Below are positions 18,205 to 30,463 of a DNA stretch of 47,814 bases, in pieces. Below the pieces are notes generated by a model. It had not been told where the DNA came from. It worked only from the letters and a program-made list of their open reading frames with translations, and did not search any database. Every line of letters begins with the position of its first letter. Within the stretch, counting starts at the first letter, position 1. The stretch is taken from NCBI GenBank assembly GCA_947175555.1, contig CAMWNK010000005.1:1-47814 (forward strand). Direction: 5' to 3'. This DNA is from an uncultured Clostridia bacterium (GTDB lineage Bacteria > Bacillota > Clostridia > Christensenellales > UBA3700). The translations under genes were made by a program, and so were the position numbers.

Positions 18205-19578
18205 ATGTATGAGCAGATGCACGAGGAGTGCGGAGTATTCGTCGCCGTAGGCGTTGCGGACGCGGCGGAAGTCGTGAGCTGCGCTCTTACACACCTTCAG
18301 CACAGGGGACAGGAGAGCGCGGGCGTAGCCGCAGGATGCAGCGGGCGGCTCAGATGCGTCAAGGGATTGGGGCTTGTATCCGAGGTCTTGGGCGGAGAGG
18401 ACGTCATCATGCCGTCGGGCGATATAGCCGTAGGTCATGTCAGGTACTCCACCAGCGGAGGAAATAACCTTGCCAACGTACAGCCCATATGCGTAAATAC
18501 TTTGCGCGGCAGACTGGCTGTAGTACATAACGGCAATCTGTCTAACGCGGCTCTCTTGCGCAGAGAGCTCGAGGGCAGCGGAGCTATCTTTCAAGGCACG
18601 GCGGATACGGAGCTGATTGCCTGCCTTATAGCAAGGGCGCAGATAAAATGCGCCGCTCTCGATAAGGCTGTAGAGCAGGTTTTGCCGCGTCTCGAAGGGG
18701 CTTTTTGCCTTGCCGTAACCGACGGCTCAACGCTGGTGGCGGCGCGCGATACGCACGGATTCAGACCGTTTTGCATAGGAGAGGGCAGGGACGGCGGAGT
18801 GCTGATTTCTTCCGAGAGCTGCGCTATCGAGGCAGTCGGCGGAAAAGTAATAAGGGATATTATGCCCGCGGAGCTACTCGTTGTACGCAATAGTGAAGTA
18901 GAGAGAAGACGCTACAGCGCGGCGCAAGAGAGAGCGGCGTGCGTATTTGAGTATATTTATTTTGCTCGCCCCGACAGCGTAATAGACGGGCAGAGCGTAT
19001 ATCACAGCAGATATCTTGCGGGCGTTACGCTGGCTAAGCAGTTCACTCCTATTGCCGACGCGGTAGTAGGCGTGCCCGACAGCGGACTGCCGGCAGCGGA
19101 AGGATACGCGGCGCAATCGGGCATACCGTATTGCAACGGCTTGGTCAAGAACAGATATATCGGCAGGACGTTCATTCAGCCTACGCAGGGCATGAGAGAG
19201 GGCGCGGTGAGGCTTAAGCTGTCGCCGCTTAAAAGCGAAATCGAGGGCAAGAGAATAGTGCTTGTGGACGACTCTATCGTCAGAGGCACTACCATGCGCA
19301 GGATTGTGGCGATGCTCAGGAGCGCGGGAGTTAAAGAGATACATCTTGCAATCACGTCTCCGCCCTTTAAGCACGCCTGTTATTACGGTACCGACGTCCC
19401 CGAGGAAGGGCAGCTGCCCGCCAATAAATATACGATAGAACAGATGAGGCAAATGCTGGGCGCGGACAGCCTGACTTTCCTTGACGTAAACAGGCTGGAG
19501 GAGATAACTCCTAATTGCGCGCACGCTCTGTGCAAGGCGTGCTTTGACGGGCATTATCCTCAGCCGCCTAAAAATTAA
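18205..19578 (+). CDS. purF: amidophosphoribosyltransferase
   Basis: HEECGVF, LQHRGQESAG, GHVRYST, HNGNL, CVFEYIYFARPDS, VLVDDSIVRGTT; start could also be 18187. Confidence 0.96.
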   Translation: MYEQMHEECGVFVAVGVADAAEVVSCALTHLQHRGQESAGVAAGCSGRLRCVKGLGLVSEVLGGEDVIMPSGDIAVGHVRYSTSGGNNLANVQPICVNTLRGRLAVVHNGNLSNAALLRRELEGSGAIFQGTADTELIACLIARAQIKCAALDKAVEQVLPRLEGAFCLAVTDGSTLVAARDTHGFRPFCIGEGRDGGVLISSESCAIEAVGGKVIRDIMPAELLVVRNSEVERRRYSAAQERAACVFEYIYFARPDSVIDGQSVYHSRYLAGVTLAKQFTPIADAVVGVPDSGLPAAEGYAAQSGIPYCNGLVKNRYIGRTFIQPTQGMREGAVRLKLSPLKSEIEGKRIVLVDDSIVRGTTMRRIVAMLRSAGVKEIHLAITSPPFKHACYYGTDVPEEGQLPANKYTIEQMRQMLGADSLTFLDVNRLEEITPNCAHALCKACFDGHYPQPPKN

Positions 19579-19597
19579 AAAATAACCGCTACATAGT

Positions 19598-19626
19598 TTG
19601 ACATTTTCCGTAAGGAGTAATACAAT
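19598..19626 (+). promoter_or_regulatory. sigma-A promoter of carA-pyrG-dapL
   Basis: TTGACA-N17-TACAAT. Confidence 0.8.
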
Positions 19627-19637
19627 ATTAACGGATT

Positions 19638-19691
19638 GGACAACGGCGTCCGCAAAAGGATATTTTTATCCCTTTTGCGGACGCTTTTTTT
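19638..19691 (+). promoter_or_regulatory. ANTAR-type hexaloop hairpin overlapping an intrinsic terminator (carA leader)
   Basis: GGAC-AACGGC-GTCC; GCGTCCGCAAAAGG pairs with CCTTTTGCGGACGC, followed by T7. Confidence 0.82.
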
Positions 19692-19709
19692 ATGCGCGGG
19701 AGAGAGTAA

Positions 19710-20789
19710 ATGAAAGGTTATCTTGTATTGCAAAACGGTAAAGTTTACGAGGGCGAAAGGTTTGGAAGTATGCGCGACAGCATAGGCGAGCTAGTCTTTT
19801 CGACGGCTATGGTCGGATATTGCGAGACGCTTACGGATCCCAGTTATTACGGGCAGATAATCATGCAGACGTTTCCGCTTGTAGGCAATTACGGGGTGTG
19901 TCAAGAGGACTTCGAGAGCAGTAAAATATATGCCTTCGGATATATTGTGAGGCAGCTATGCGAGTATCCGTCCAACTTCCGCAGCGAGGGCGGGCTGGAA
20001 GATATGCTTATCAAGTACGATATCCCCGCCTTGCAGGGCATCGATACCAGAGCCGTTACGAGACAGGTAAGAGAAGCGGGAGTCATGAACGCGGCGATTG
20101 TGTCGGATATTAGCGACATCGATAAGATAATGTCTATGCTTTCCGCTTATACGGTGAAGCGCGCCGTCAAGTCGGTATCTTCGACTAAAAAGGAGCATCT
20201 TTGCGATAAGAACGCGCCTACGGTAGTGCTGTGGGACTTCGGCGCAAAGGGAAATATCGTAAGACATCTTTTGTCGAGAGGGCTTAACGTGATAAGCGTG
20301 CCTTACAACTACACGGCAGAGCGCATACTCGAGCTTGCCCCCGACGGAATCATGCTGTCCAACGGTCCCGGGGACCCCAAAGAAAATACGGGCGTAATCA
20401 AAGAGCTTGCAAGTTTAGTCGGGCAAGGCGTGCCGATATTCGGCATATGCTTGGGACATCAGTTGCTTGCGCTTGCTCACGGAGCAACTACGCAAAAGCT
20501 CAAGTACGGGCACAGAGGTATCAATCAGCCCGTCAAGTTCACAAGCAGCGGCAGAGTGTACGTTACTTCGCAAAATCATGGCTATGCGGTGGTGTCCGAC
20601 TCCTTGCCTAAAGGCGCTGAACTTATGTGCGTGAGTATGAACGACGGCACGTGCGAGGGAGCGATGTACGACGACGGCAGCTATTCGGTGCAGTTCCATC
20701 CCGAAGCAGGCGCGGGACCGCACGATACGCAGTTCCTCTTCAACGAATTTGCGGATAAGGTAGTCCGCTATCACGCGGGTAAGCATTGA
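19710..20789 (+). CDS. carA: carbamoyl-phosphate synthase small subunit
   Basis: GELVFST, TLTDPSYYGQI, GIDTRA, LSNGPGDP, GICLGHQ, SQNHGY, QFHPEA. Confidence 0.96.
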   Translation: MKGYLVLQNGKVYEGERFGSMRDSIGELVFSTAMVGYCETLTDPSYYGQIIMQTFPLVGNYGVCQEDFESSKIYAFGYIVRQLCEYPSNFRSEGGLEDMLIKYDIPALQGIDTRAVTRQVREAGVMNAAIVSDISDIDKIMSMLSAYTVKRAVKSVSSTKKEHLCDKNAPTVVLWDFGAKGNIVRHLLSRGLNVISVPYNYTAERILELAPDGIMLSNGPGDPKENTGVIKELASLVGQGVPIFGICLGHQLLALAHGATTQKLKYGHRGINQPVKFTSSGRVYVTSQNHGYAVVSDSLPKGAELMCVSMNDGTCEGAMYDDGSYSVQFHPEAGAGPHDTQFLFNEFADKVVRYHAGKH

Positions 20790-20914
20790 TTTTTGCCGCA
20801 GCGCGCCGTACGAATTCGTATGCGAATATGAAGGTGTTGAGGCAATTAAGACAGACATTACTAAGACATTGATATGCTGTAATTGCGACAGGCATTACAG
20901 CGATATGGATATAA

Positions 20915-23712
<2,798 letters not shown>

Positions 23713-23751
23713 CAATGCCGCAATAGATATTTTACAATATCGCTATCGATT

Positions 23752-23780
23752 TATCCGCCGCCGATACGGCGGATATTTTT
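23752..23780 (+). terminator. intrinsic terminator after dapL
   Basis: TATCCGCCG-CCGATA-CGGCGGATA followed by TTTTT. Confidence 0.75.
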
Positions 23781-23915
23781 ATACTGTCGATTGCGCTGCG
23801 GCGCAATTTGTTTTACTGAAATATCATTTAATAGTTGCAAACTATTATTAAGCAAATGGGTAATAAGACTTGATTTGACTTGCGTAAATCGGCTTGAGCG
23901 CAGGCGGAGTTTAGA

Positions 23916-23944
23916 TTGACTTTGAATTGTCTAAATAATATAAT
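23916..23944 (+). promoter_or_regulatory. sigma-A promoter of PHP-whiA-dnaE
   Basis: TTGACT-N17-TATAAT; ATG 8 nt downstream with no SD. Confidence 0.7.
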
Positions 23945-23952
23945 ATTATAGT

Positions 23953-24717
23953 ATGGAAGATAAGTACGAACTATATGCGGATTTGCATACTCATACTACT
24001 TATTCTCACGGCAAGGGCAGCGTAGAGGATAACGTGCGCGCCGCCAAGTTCCGCGGGCTGGAGTGCATTGCTATCACCGACCACGGTCCGAGACATCCGC
24101 TCGTCGGCGTCAAGCCGTCCGTATTGCCGAAGATCAGAAAAGATATCGAAGAGAGCGCAGCTAAATACGGCATAGACGTCATGCTCGGCATAGAGGCCAA
24201 TATCTACGGTATGAGCGGCGCTATAGATATCGATAGAGCTAAGCTGTCCGAGCTGGATATTATCCTTGCGGGGTTTCATGCGTCCGCCGCGCCGCAAAAG
24301 GTATCGGACGCCTTCAAACTGCACTTTAATCTCATAAGCGGCAAGCTGTCCGCAACCTCCAAGGCTCAGCGCGCCCGCAACACCAAGGCATATATCAATT
24401 GTGTAAAAAATTATCCTATCGACATCATTACGCATCCGGGCTTTTGGCTGGACGTGGACTGGGTTGAGCTGGGCAAGGCGTGCGCGGATTACGGCACTCA
24501 TCTGGAGATATCGGGCAGGCACAAGACTCCCGATATACGCGGCTTGGAGCAACTGCTGAGTACAGGCGTAAGGTTCGTTATCAATTCCGACGCTCATAAG
24601 GTAGAAAATATAGGCGTATGCGACTATGCGGTAAATCTTGCGAAAAAGGTGGGAATACCCGAGCAGCGTATCGTCAATTGCGGCGACAATCCACTGGTTT
24701 TGAGGTCGCGCACGTGA
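23953..24717 (+). CDS. PHP domain phosphoesterase (YcdX-like)
   Basis: DLHTHT, AITDHG, GIEANI, IITHP, NSDAH metal-binding motifs. Confidence 0.9.
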   Translation: MEDKYELYADLHTHTTYSHGKGSVEDNVRAAKFRGLECIAITDHGPRHPLVGVKPSVLPKIRKDIEESAAKYGIDVMLGIEANIYGMSGAIDIDRAKLSELDIILAGFHASAAPQKVSDAFKLHFNLISGKLSATSKAQRARNTKAYINCVKNYPIDIITHPGFWLDVDWVELGKACADYGTHLEISGRHKTPDIRGLEQLLSTGVRFVINSDAHKVENIGVCDYAVNLAKKVGIPEQRIVNCGDNPLVLRSRT

Positions 24718-25622
24718 ATATTACTCAAGACGTAATAACGCGATTATTCGATAAAGAGATAGGGGATAAGTCCGCATATCTTTACGCGTTGCTTAGGCAA
24801 CGCGGCGAGATAAGCTATAAAGAGGGCAAGAGTTATCTTACCGTGGACAGTATGTACGGCAGCGTGGTGAGCCATGCGGCAGGCATGCTTAAGGATTTGC
24901 TCGGTTGCTCTGTTAACGTCGGAAGAAAGAGCGGGGACAAGCCCTATTACTATTTCACCTTAGAGGGTAAGGCGGTATCGGATACGCTGTGCTGCGTGCG
25001 CATGTCGCTTCCCGATAAGTTGGACGCAGTCGATGCGGAGAGCTATTATATAAGTCATTCTTTTTGCGATTACGCAAGGGGGCTTTTTGTCGGAGGCGGA
25101 GCTTTGAGCGTGCCGTCAGAGGACGGGGACAGAGGATATCTCGCGGAGATAAGGATGTGGGACCCCGACAGCGCGGCGGCTGCGTGCGAGGCATTCAGGC
25201 GCGCAGGCGTGGCTATGGATATCGTGCAGCGTAAGACGGACAGCGTCATCAGTACGCGCAAAGGAGAAGAAGCATACAATCTGCTCGTTTTGATAGGCGC
25301 GACGGATAGCGCGCTTGACTTGCAAAATCTGATGCTTGAGCAAGATACCCGCGCTCTTGCCAATAGGCGTTCCAACTTCGAAATACATAATCTTCAGAAG
25401 TCGGTAGACAGCGCGGTAGAGCAGATGGAAGCGATAACGTATCTTAGCGATAGGGGATTGCTGTCGGCGTTTTCCGATGAGGACAGGCTTATATTGGAGT
25501 GCAGAATGAATAACCGCACAGCCTCGTCTGCCGAGATAGCCAAGATGCTGGGCGTGAGTAAGAGCAAGGTATTTAGACGATTGCAAAAGGCGATAGATAC
25601 CGCAAAGTCGGAGGGGATGTAA
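24714..25622 (+). CDS. whiA: DNA-binding protein WhiA (divergent)
   Basis: YARGLFVGGG LAGLIDADG-like motif, ANRRSNFEIHNLQKSVDSA, C-terminal HTH SKSKVFRRL; GTG start overlapping the PHP stop. Confidence 0.8.
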   Translation: MNITQDVITRLFDKEIGDKSAYLYALLRQRGEISYKEGKSYLTVDSMYGSVVSHAAGMLKDLLGCSVNVGRKSGDKPYYYFTLEGKAVSDTLCCVRMSLPDKLDAVDAESYYISHSFCDYARGLFVGGGALSVPSEDGDRGYLAEIRMWDPDSAAAACEAFRRAGVAMDIVQRKTDSVISTRKGEEAYNLLVLIGATDSALDLQNLMLEQDTRALANRRSNFEIHNLQKSVDSAVEQMEAITYLSDRGLLSAFSDEDRLILECRMNNRTASSAEIAKMLGVSKSKVFRRLQKAIDTAKSEGM

Positions 25623-25623
25623 G

Positions 25624-28600
25624 ATGAGTGAAGATATTAAGGCGGGCATCGCCGAAGGCTTGGGCGGACAGCCTGCCGAGGTAAAGGATAAAGGCGAGGT
25701 AAAGCCAGAGGTTCCTGCCGCAAAGGACGCCGCCCCTGCTACCGATAAGAAGAAAGAGGAAAAGCGCGCGCCTAAAGTAGAGGGATTTGTTCACCTCCAC
25801 GTACATAGCGAGTATTCCTTGCTGGACGGCGCGGCAAGGCTCGTGCAAGGCAAGCATTCGCCGCTGCTTGAGTCTGTAAAGGCTAAGGGTATGCAGGCGA
25901 TGGCGCTTACGGACCACGGCAATATGTTCGCCGCCTATACTTTCTATAAGAAAGCCAAAGATATGGGCATTAAACCGATAATAGGCTGCGAGTTTTACAC
26001 GTGCGAAAACATGCACGATACTACCGACAGACATCGCAATCATCTCATACTGCTTGCAAAAAACAATACGGGATATCACAATCTGGTCAAGATGAATTCG
26101 CTTGCCTTTACGGAAGGATTTCATTATAAGCCGCGCATAGATCTCGAGTTGCTTTCGCGCCACAGCGAGGGCGTAATATGTATGTCGGCGTGTCTGTCGG
26201 GACGCGTGTCGGAGCTGCTTGTCCAAGGCGATTACGAGGGCGCAAAGGAGTACGCGCTCAAGCTCAAGTCCATGTTCGCAGACGGCGATTTCTACATAGA
26301 AATGCAAGACCACGGCATGCGCGAGCAAAAGACTATCAATCCCGACCTCGTACGGCTTGCCAAGGAGATAGGCGTCAAGGTGGTCGCAACCAACGACGCG
26401 CATTACATAGATAAGAGCGACGCGGAGATGCACGACGTATTGCTTTGCATACAGACGGGCAAGACATTCGACGATCCTACGCGTCTTAAGTTCAGCACGG
26501 ACGAGGTATATCTCAAGTCTCCAAAGGAGATGGAGGCACTGTTCTCATGGGTTCCCGAGGCGCTGACTACTACCGCGGAGATAGCCAATAAGTGCAACGT
26601 AGAGATTAAGAGAGAGGACCTCATGCCCCCCTTCCGTCCCGAGGACGGCTCCGCGCCCGCCGATTATCTGCGCAAGATAGCGTACGAGGGCTTGGAGCAG
26701 CGGTATCACGGTCTTAACGACGAGCTGATTAAGAGGGCGGAGTACGAGCTCGATATCATTATCAAGACGGGCTTTGCAGAGTATTTTCTGATAGTATGGG
26801 ACTTTATCCGCCATGCCAAGAGCAAGGGCATACCCGTAGGCGCGGGACGAGGCAGCGGCGTGAGCAGTATTATTGCCTATTCCATCGGTATTACCAACGT
26901 CGATCCGCTCAAGTATAGCTTGCTGTTTGAGCGATTCCTCAACCCCGAGCGCGTTTCCGCGCCCGACTTCGATATAGACTTCTGCTACGAAAGACGCGGC
27001 GAAGTAATCGACTACGTTATTGATAAGTACGGCAGCGATAAGGTGTGCCAGATACTTGCCTTGGGTACAATGAAGGCAAAGGGCGCGATAAAGGACGTCG
27101 CGCGTATTTACGGCATACCTCTCGCGCTCGTCAACCGTTGCACCAAGGCTATAGCCAACGCCCCCGGAGTTACTCTCGAGAAAGTATTGTTCGAGGATAA
27201 GAACGAGAAGAAGGAGGGCGAGGACAGCAAGTCTTTCTACTCGCCCGAAGTGGTCGAGATATACAACAGCAATCCCGAGATGCACAAGGTCATCGATATG
27301 GCGCTTAAGATTGAGGGCATGCCGCGCAACTGCTCAAAGCACGCTGCGGGCGTCGTGATATGTAAAGAGGTGATATCCGATTACGTGCCTTTGCAAAAAA
27401 ACGGCGACGATATCACTACGCAGTTCCAAAAGGACGAGGTAGAGCAGCTTGGTATGCTCAAGATGGACTTCCTCGGGCTCAAGACTCTGACGGACATCCG
27501 CAAGGCTAAGCAGTACGTAATGGAAGATTACGGAGTGGATGTCGATTTCGAGAAGCTCGGTTACGACGATCCCAACGTATATGAATTGATAAGCACGGGC
27601 GAGACAGATGCGGTATTCCAGCTCGAAGGCGGCGGCATGAAAGACTTTATGCGCAAGCTCAAGCCCGAGAATCTGGAAGATATCATAGCAGGCATATCGC
27701 TTTATCGCCCCGGACCGATGAAGAAGATACCCGAGTATTGCGCCTCTAAGCACAATCCCGCAAATATCAAGTATCTTCACCCCTTGCTCGAGCCGATACT
27801 CAATATGACTTACGGCGTAATGGTATATCAAGAGCAGGTAATGCAGATAGTGCAGTCGCTTGCGGGCTTTACGCTCGGCAGAGCGGACATACTGCGCCGC
27901 GCGATGGGTAAAAAGAAGCTCGATATCATGAATGCGGAAAAGGAAGTGTTTATCCACGGCACTCCCGCTAAAGAAGCGCAATATTACCCCGACGGCACGC
28001 TCAAGAGCAAGGCGGAGCCCGCCGTAGACGGATGCGTAGTAAGAGGCGTGCCCGAGGACGTTGCGGATATCATCTTCAGAGACATGCAGGACTTTGCAAA
28101 GTATGCCTTCAATAAGTCGCACGCGGCGGCATACGCGGTGCTTGCATACGAGACGGCGTATCTTAAGAGATATTACAATATCGAGTTTATCGCCGCAGTT
28201 ATCAACAACCGTATCACCAACGCTCCCGAGGTGGAGAAGTATCTGACGTATCTAAGGCAGAACGGATACGAAATTTATCCGCCCGATATCAATAAGAGCT
28301 TTGTAGAGTTCAAGGTCGAGGGCAAGGGACTGCGCTTTGGACTTAACGGAATTAAGAACGTAGGCGCGGCGGCGATGCAGGCGTTGGTAGAAGAAAGAAT
28401 CAAAAACGGACCTTTTACGACGTTCAACGAGATATTCAAAAGATTGCCTGCAGGCACGCTCAATAAGCGTCTTGTGGAAAGTCTTATCAAGGCGGGAGCT
28501 TTCGATTGCTTTGGAATAACGCGCGCCGCGCTTGCCGCGTGCTACGAGAGCGTAATGCTCAAGTGGCAGCAGATAAAGAAGAACGGCGGCAGCAATCAGA

Positions 28601-29382
28601 TGTCCTTCTTCGATTTCTTCGACGACAACTCGGACATACAAGACGATATGCCGAGGCTGAAAGAGTATACCCGCATGCAGATACTTTTGCAAGAAAAAGA
28701 GGTGCTGGGCATATATATGTCGGGGCATCCTCTCGAGGACTATGCCGAGCAATATAAGGAGATGGATTTCAATCTCGGCATGATTAAGGACCTGCTCGGA
28801 GCAAAGGGCGACGAGGATTCGGACGAGGAAGTGCAGGACGATGCAGTAGCTCAGCTTGTAAATAAATTCGATAAGAGCACAGTCGTGCTCGGCGGATTGC
28901 TGCACGGGGTGGAAAAGAAGGTTACCAAGAGCAACGAGCTCATGGCGTACGCGCGTCTTGAAGATATGTACGGTGATATCGAGACGGTGGTTTTCCCTAA
29001 GGCGTTTACTAATTGCAGAGACATATTCGTCAGCGATAAGATAGTCATAGTCGAGGGCGTGCTAAATATAGGCGATAACGGCGCGAGCATTACGGTAAGA
29101 AACGTGCAAGAGTGGAAGCTGGGCGGAGAAGAGACCGAGCAAAAGGAAGCAGTCGAGACCTTGGCAGACGACCTATATATCAAGGTACCTGATAGGCAGA
29201 CGTACGAGAGCAAGGTCATACAGGCTCTTGCGGACAGACCTGGAGACAGCAGGGTAATAATGCAGCTCGACGGAAAACTGTTTGATACGGGATATAGAGT
29301 CAATATTAAGCCCGGGCTTATCTACGAGCTCAATTACGCGCTGGGAGAAAAATGCGTGCTACGCAAGCCGCGTAAAAAATAA
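25624..29382 (+). CDS. dnaE: DNA polymerase III alpha subunit
   Basis: FVHLHVHSEYSLLDG, GRGSG, PDFDIDF, KMDFLGL, YAFNKSHA, clamp motif QMSFF. Confidence 0.97.
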   Translation: MSEDIKAGIAEGLGGQPAEVKDKGEVKPEVPAAKDAAPATDKKKEEKRAPKVEGFVHLHVHSEYSLLDGAARLVQGKHSPLLESVKAKGMQAMALTDHGNMFAAYTFYKKAKDMGIKPIIGCEFYTCENMHDTTDRHRNHLILLAKNNTGYHNLVKMNSLAFTEGFHYKPRIDLELLSRHSEGVICMSACLSGRVSELLVQGDYEGAKEYALKLKSMFADGDFYIEMQDHGMREQKTINPDLVRLAKEIGVKVVATNDAHYIDKSDAEMHDVLLCIQTGKTFDDPTRLKFSTDEVYLKSPKEMEALFSWVPEALTTTAEIANKCNVEIKREDLMPPFRPEDGSAPADYLRKIAYEGLEQRYHGLNDELIKRAEYELDIIIKTGFAEYFLIVWDFIRHAKSKGIPVGAGRGSGVSSIIAYSIGITNVDPLKYSLLFERFLNPERVSAPDFDIDFCYERRGEVIDYVIDKYGSDKVCQILALGTMKAKGAIKDVARIYGIPLALVNRCTKAIANAPGVTLEKVLFEDKNEKKEGEDSKSFYSPEVVEIYNSNPEMHKVIDMALKIEGMPRNCSKHAAGVVICKEVISDYVPLQKNGDDITTQFQKDEVEQLGMLKMDFLGLKTLTDIRKAKQYVMEDYGVDVDFEKLGYDDPNVYELISTGETDAVFQLEGGGMKDFMRKLKPENLEDIIAGISLYRPGPMKKIPEYCASKHNPANIKYLHPLLEPILNMTYGVMVYQEQVMQIVQSLAGFTLGRADILRRAMGKKKLDIMNAEKEVFIHGTPAKEAQYYPDGTLKSKAEPAVDGCVVRGVPEDVADIIFRDMQDFAKYAFNKSHAAAYAVLAYETAYLKRYYNIEFIAAVINNRITNAPEVEKYLTYLRQNGYEIYPPDINKSFVEFKVEGKGLRFGLNGIKNVGAAAMQALVEERIKNGPFTTFNEIFKRLPAGTLNKRLVESLIKAGAFDCFGITRAALAACYESVMLKWQQIKKNGGSNQMSFFDFFDDNSDIQDDMPRLKEYTRMQILLQEKEVLGIYMSGHPLEDYAEQYKEMDFNLGMIKDLLGAKGDEDSDEEVQDDAVAQLVNKFDKSTVVLGGLLHGVEKKVTKSNELMAYARLEDMYGDIETVVFPKAFTNCRDIFVSDKIVIVEGVLNIGDNGASITVRNVQEWKLGGEETEQKEAVETLADDLYIKVPDRQTYESKVIQALADRPGDSRVIMQLDGKLFDTGYRVNIKPGLIYELNYALGEKCVLRKPRKK

Positions 29383-29469
29383 AGTGCTTAAACGCGTTAT
29401 AAAAGATAGCCAAAAGGCAGGCGCGTTTGATATAATCGATAGGAACTTTTTGTTATAAGGAGAACATAT

Positions 29470-30435
29470 ATGCGGAAAATTGCCGTTTTGACCAGCGGAG
29501 GAGACGCTCCCGGAATGAACGCCGCCATAAGAGCGGTTACGCGATACGCTATATATAAGGGGTTGGAAGTTTACGGCATTGAGAGAGGCTATACAGGTCT
29601 TATCAACTGCGAAATCAGGCAGATGGACAGGCGCTCGGTGTCGGATATAGTGCAAAGGGGCGGTACGATTCTCAAGACGTCTCGCTCGGCGCAGTTTCAG
29701 CAGATCGAATATCAGAAGATATGCGCAGACAACTTGGAGGCTTACGGCATAGAGGGCGTCGTAGTCATAGGCGGAGACGGCTCTTACAGAGGAGCTAAGG
29801 ACTTATCCGACAACTGCGGCATAGTTACGGTAGGTATACCGGGAACTATTGATAACGACCTTGCTTACACGGACTATACGCTCGGCTTTGACACGGCGGT
29901 CAATACCGCGCTGTCGGCTATCAATAACCTGCGCGATACCATGACCTCGCATGAGAGAGTGTGTATAGTAGAGGTTATGGGACGCAAGTGCGGAGACATC
30001 GCCTTATACGCGGGACTGTGCGGCGGAGCGGAGGTAATACTCGTGCCCGAGGTCAAGACGGATATCGCTCAGGTAGCAAAGAGCATCGCCATCAATAAGC
30101 GCAAGGGTAAGTCGTCGGATATCATCGTGCTTGCGGAAGGATTCTGCCGCGCCGCGGATCTCAAGCAGCAGCTTAAAGATAACGGTATCAATTCTTCCAT
30201 CAAGACTACCGAGCTTGGATACATACAGCGCGGCGGCGCGCCTACGATGCAAGATAGGGTGCTTGCGGCGCAATTCGGCGTGAGAGCCGTAGACGTACTT
30301 ATTGAGGGCAAGGGCTCCAGAGTAGTAGGTATATGCGACAATAATATCATCGATATGGATACGACCGAGGCCTTGGCTATGCCTCGCAAGTTTAATCAAG
30401 AATTGTATAACTGCGCCAATATATTGGGACAGTAA
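29470..30435 (+). CDS. pfkA: ATP-dependent 6-phosphofructokinase
   Basis: TSGGDAPGMN, GGDGS and PGTIDND (Gly at both donor-specificity positions), EVMGR. Confidence 0.95.
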   Translation: MRKIAVLTSGGDAPGMNAAIRAVTRYAIYKGLEVYGIERGYTGLINCEIRQMDRRSVSDIVQRGGTILKTSRSAQFQQIEYQKICADNLEAYGIEGVVVIGGDGSYRGAKDLSDNCGIVTVGIPGTIDNDLAYTDYTLGFDTAVNTALSAINNLRDTMTSHERVCIVEVMGRKCGDIALYAGLCGGAEVILVPEVKTDIAQVAKSIAINKRKGKSSDIIVLAEGFCRAADLKQQLKDNGINSSIKTTELGYIQRGGAPTMQDRVLAAQFGVRAVDVLIEGKGSRVVGICDNNIIDMDTTEALAMPRKFNQELYNCANILGQ

Positions 30436-30463
30436 TTATTAAATATAATCGGAGGAACATAAT

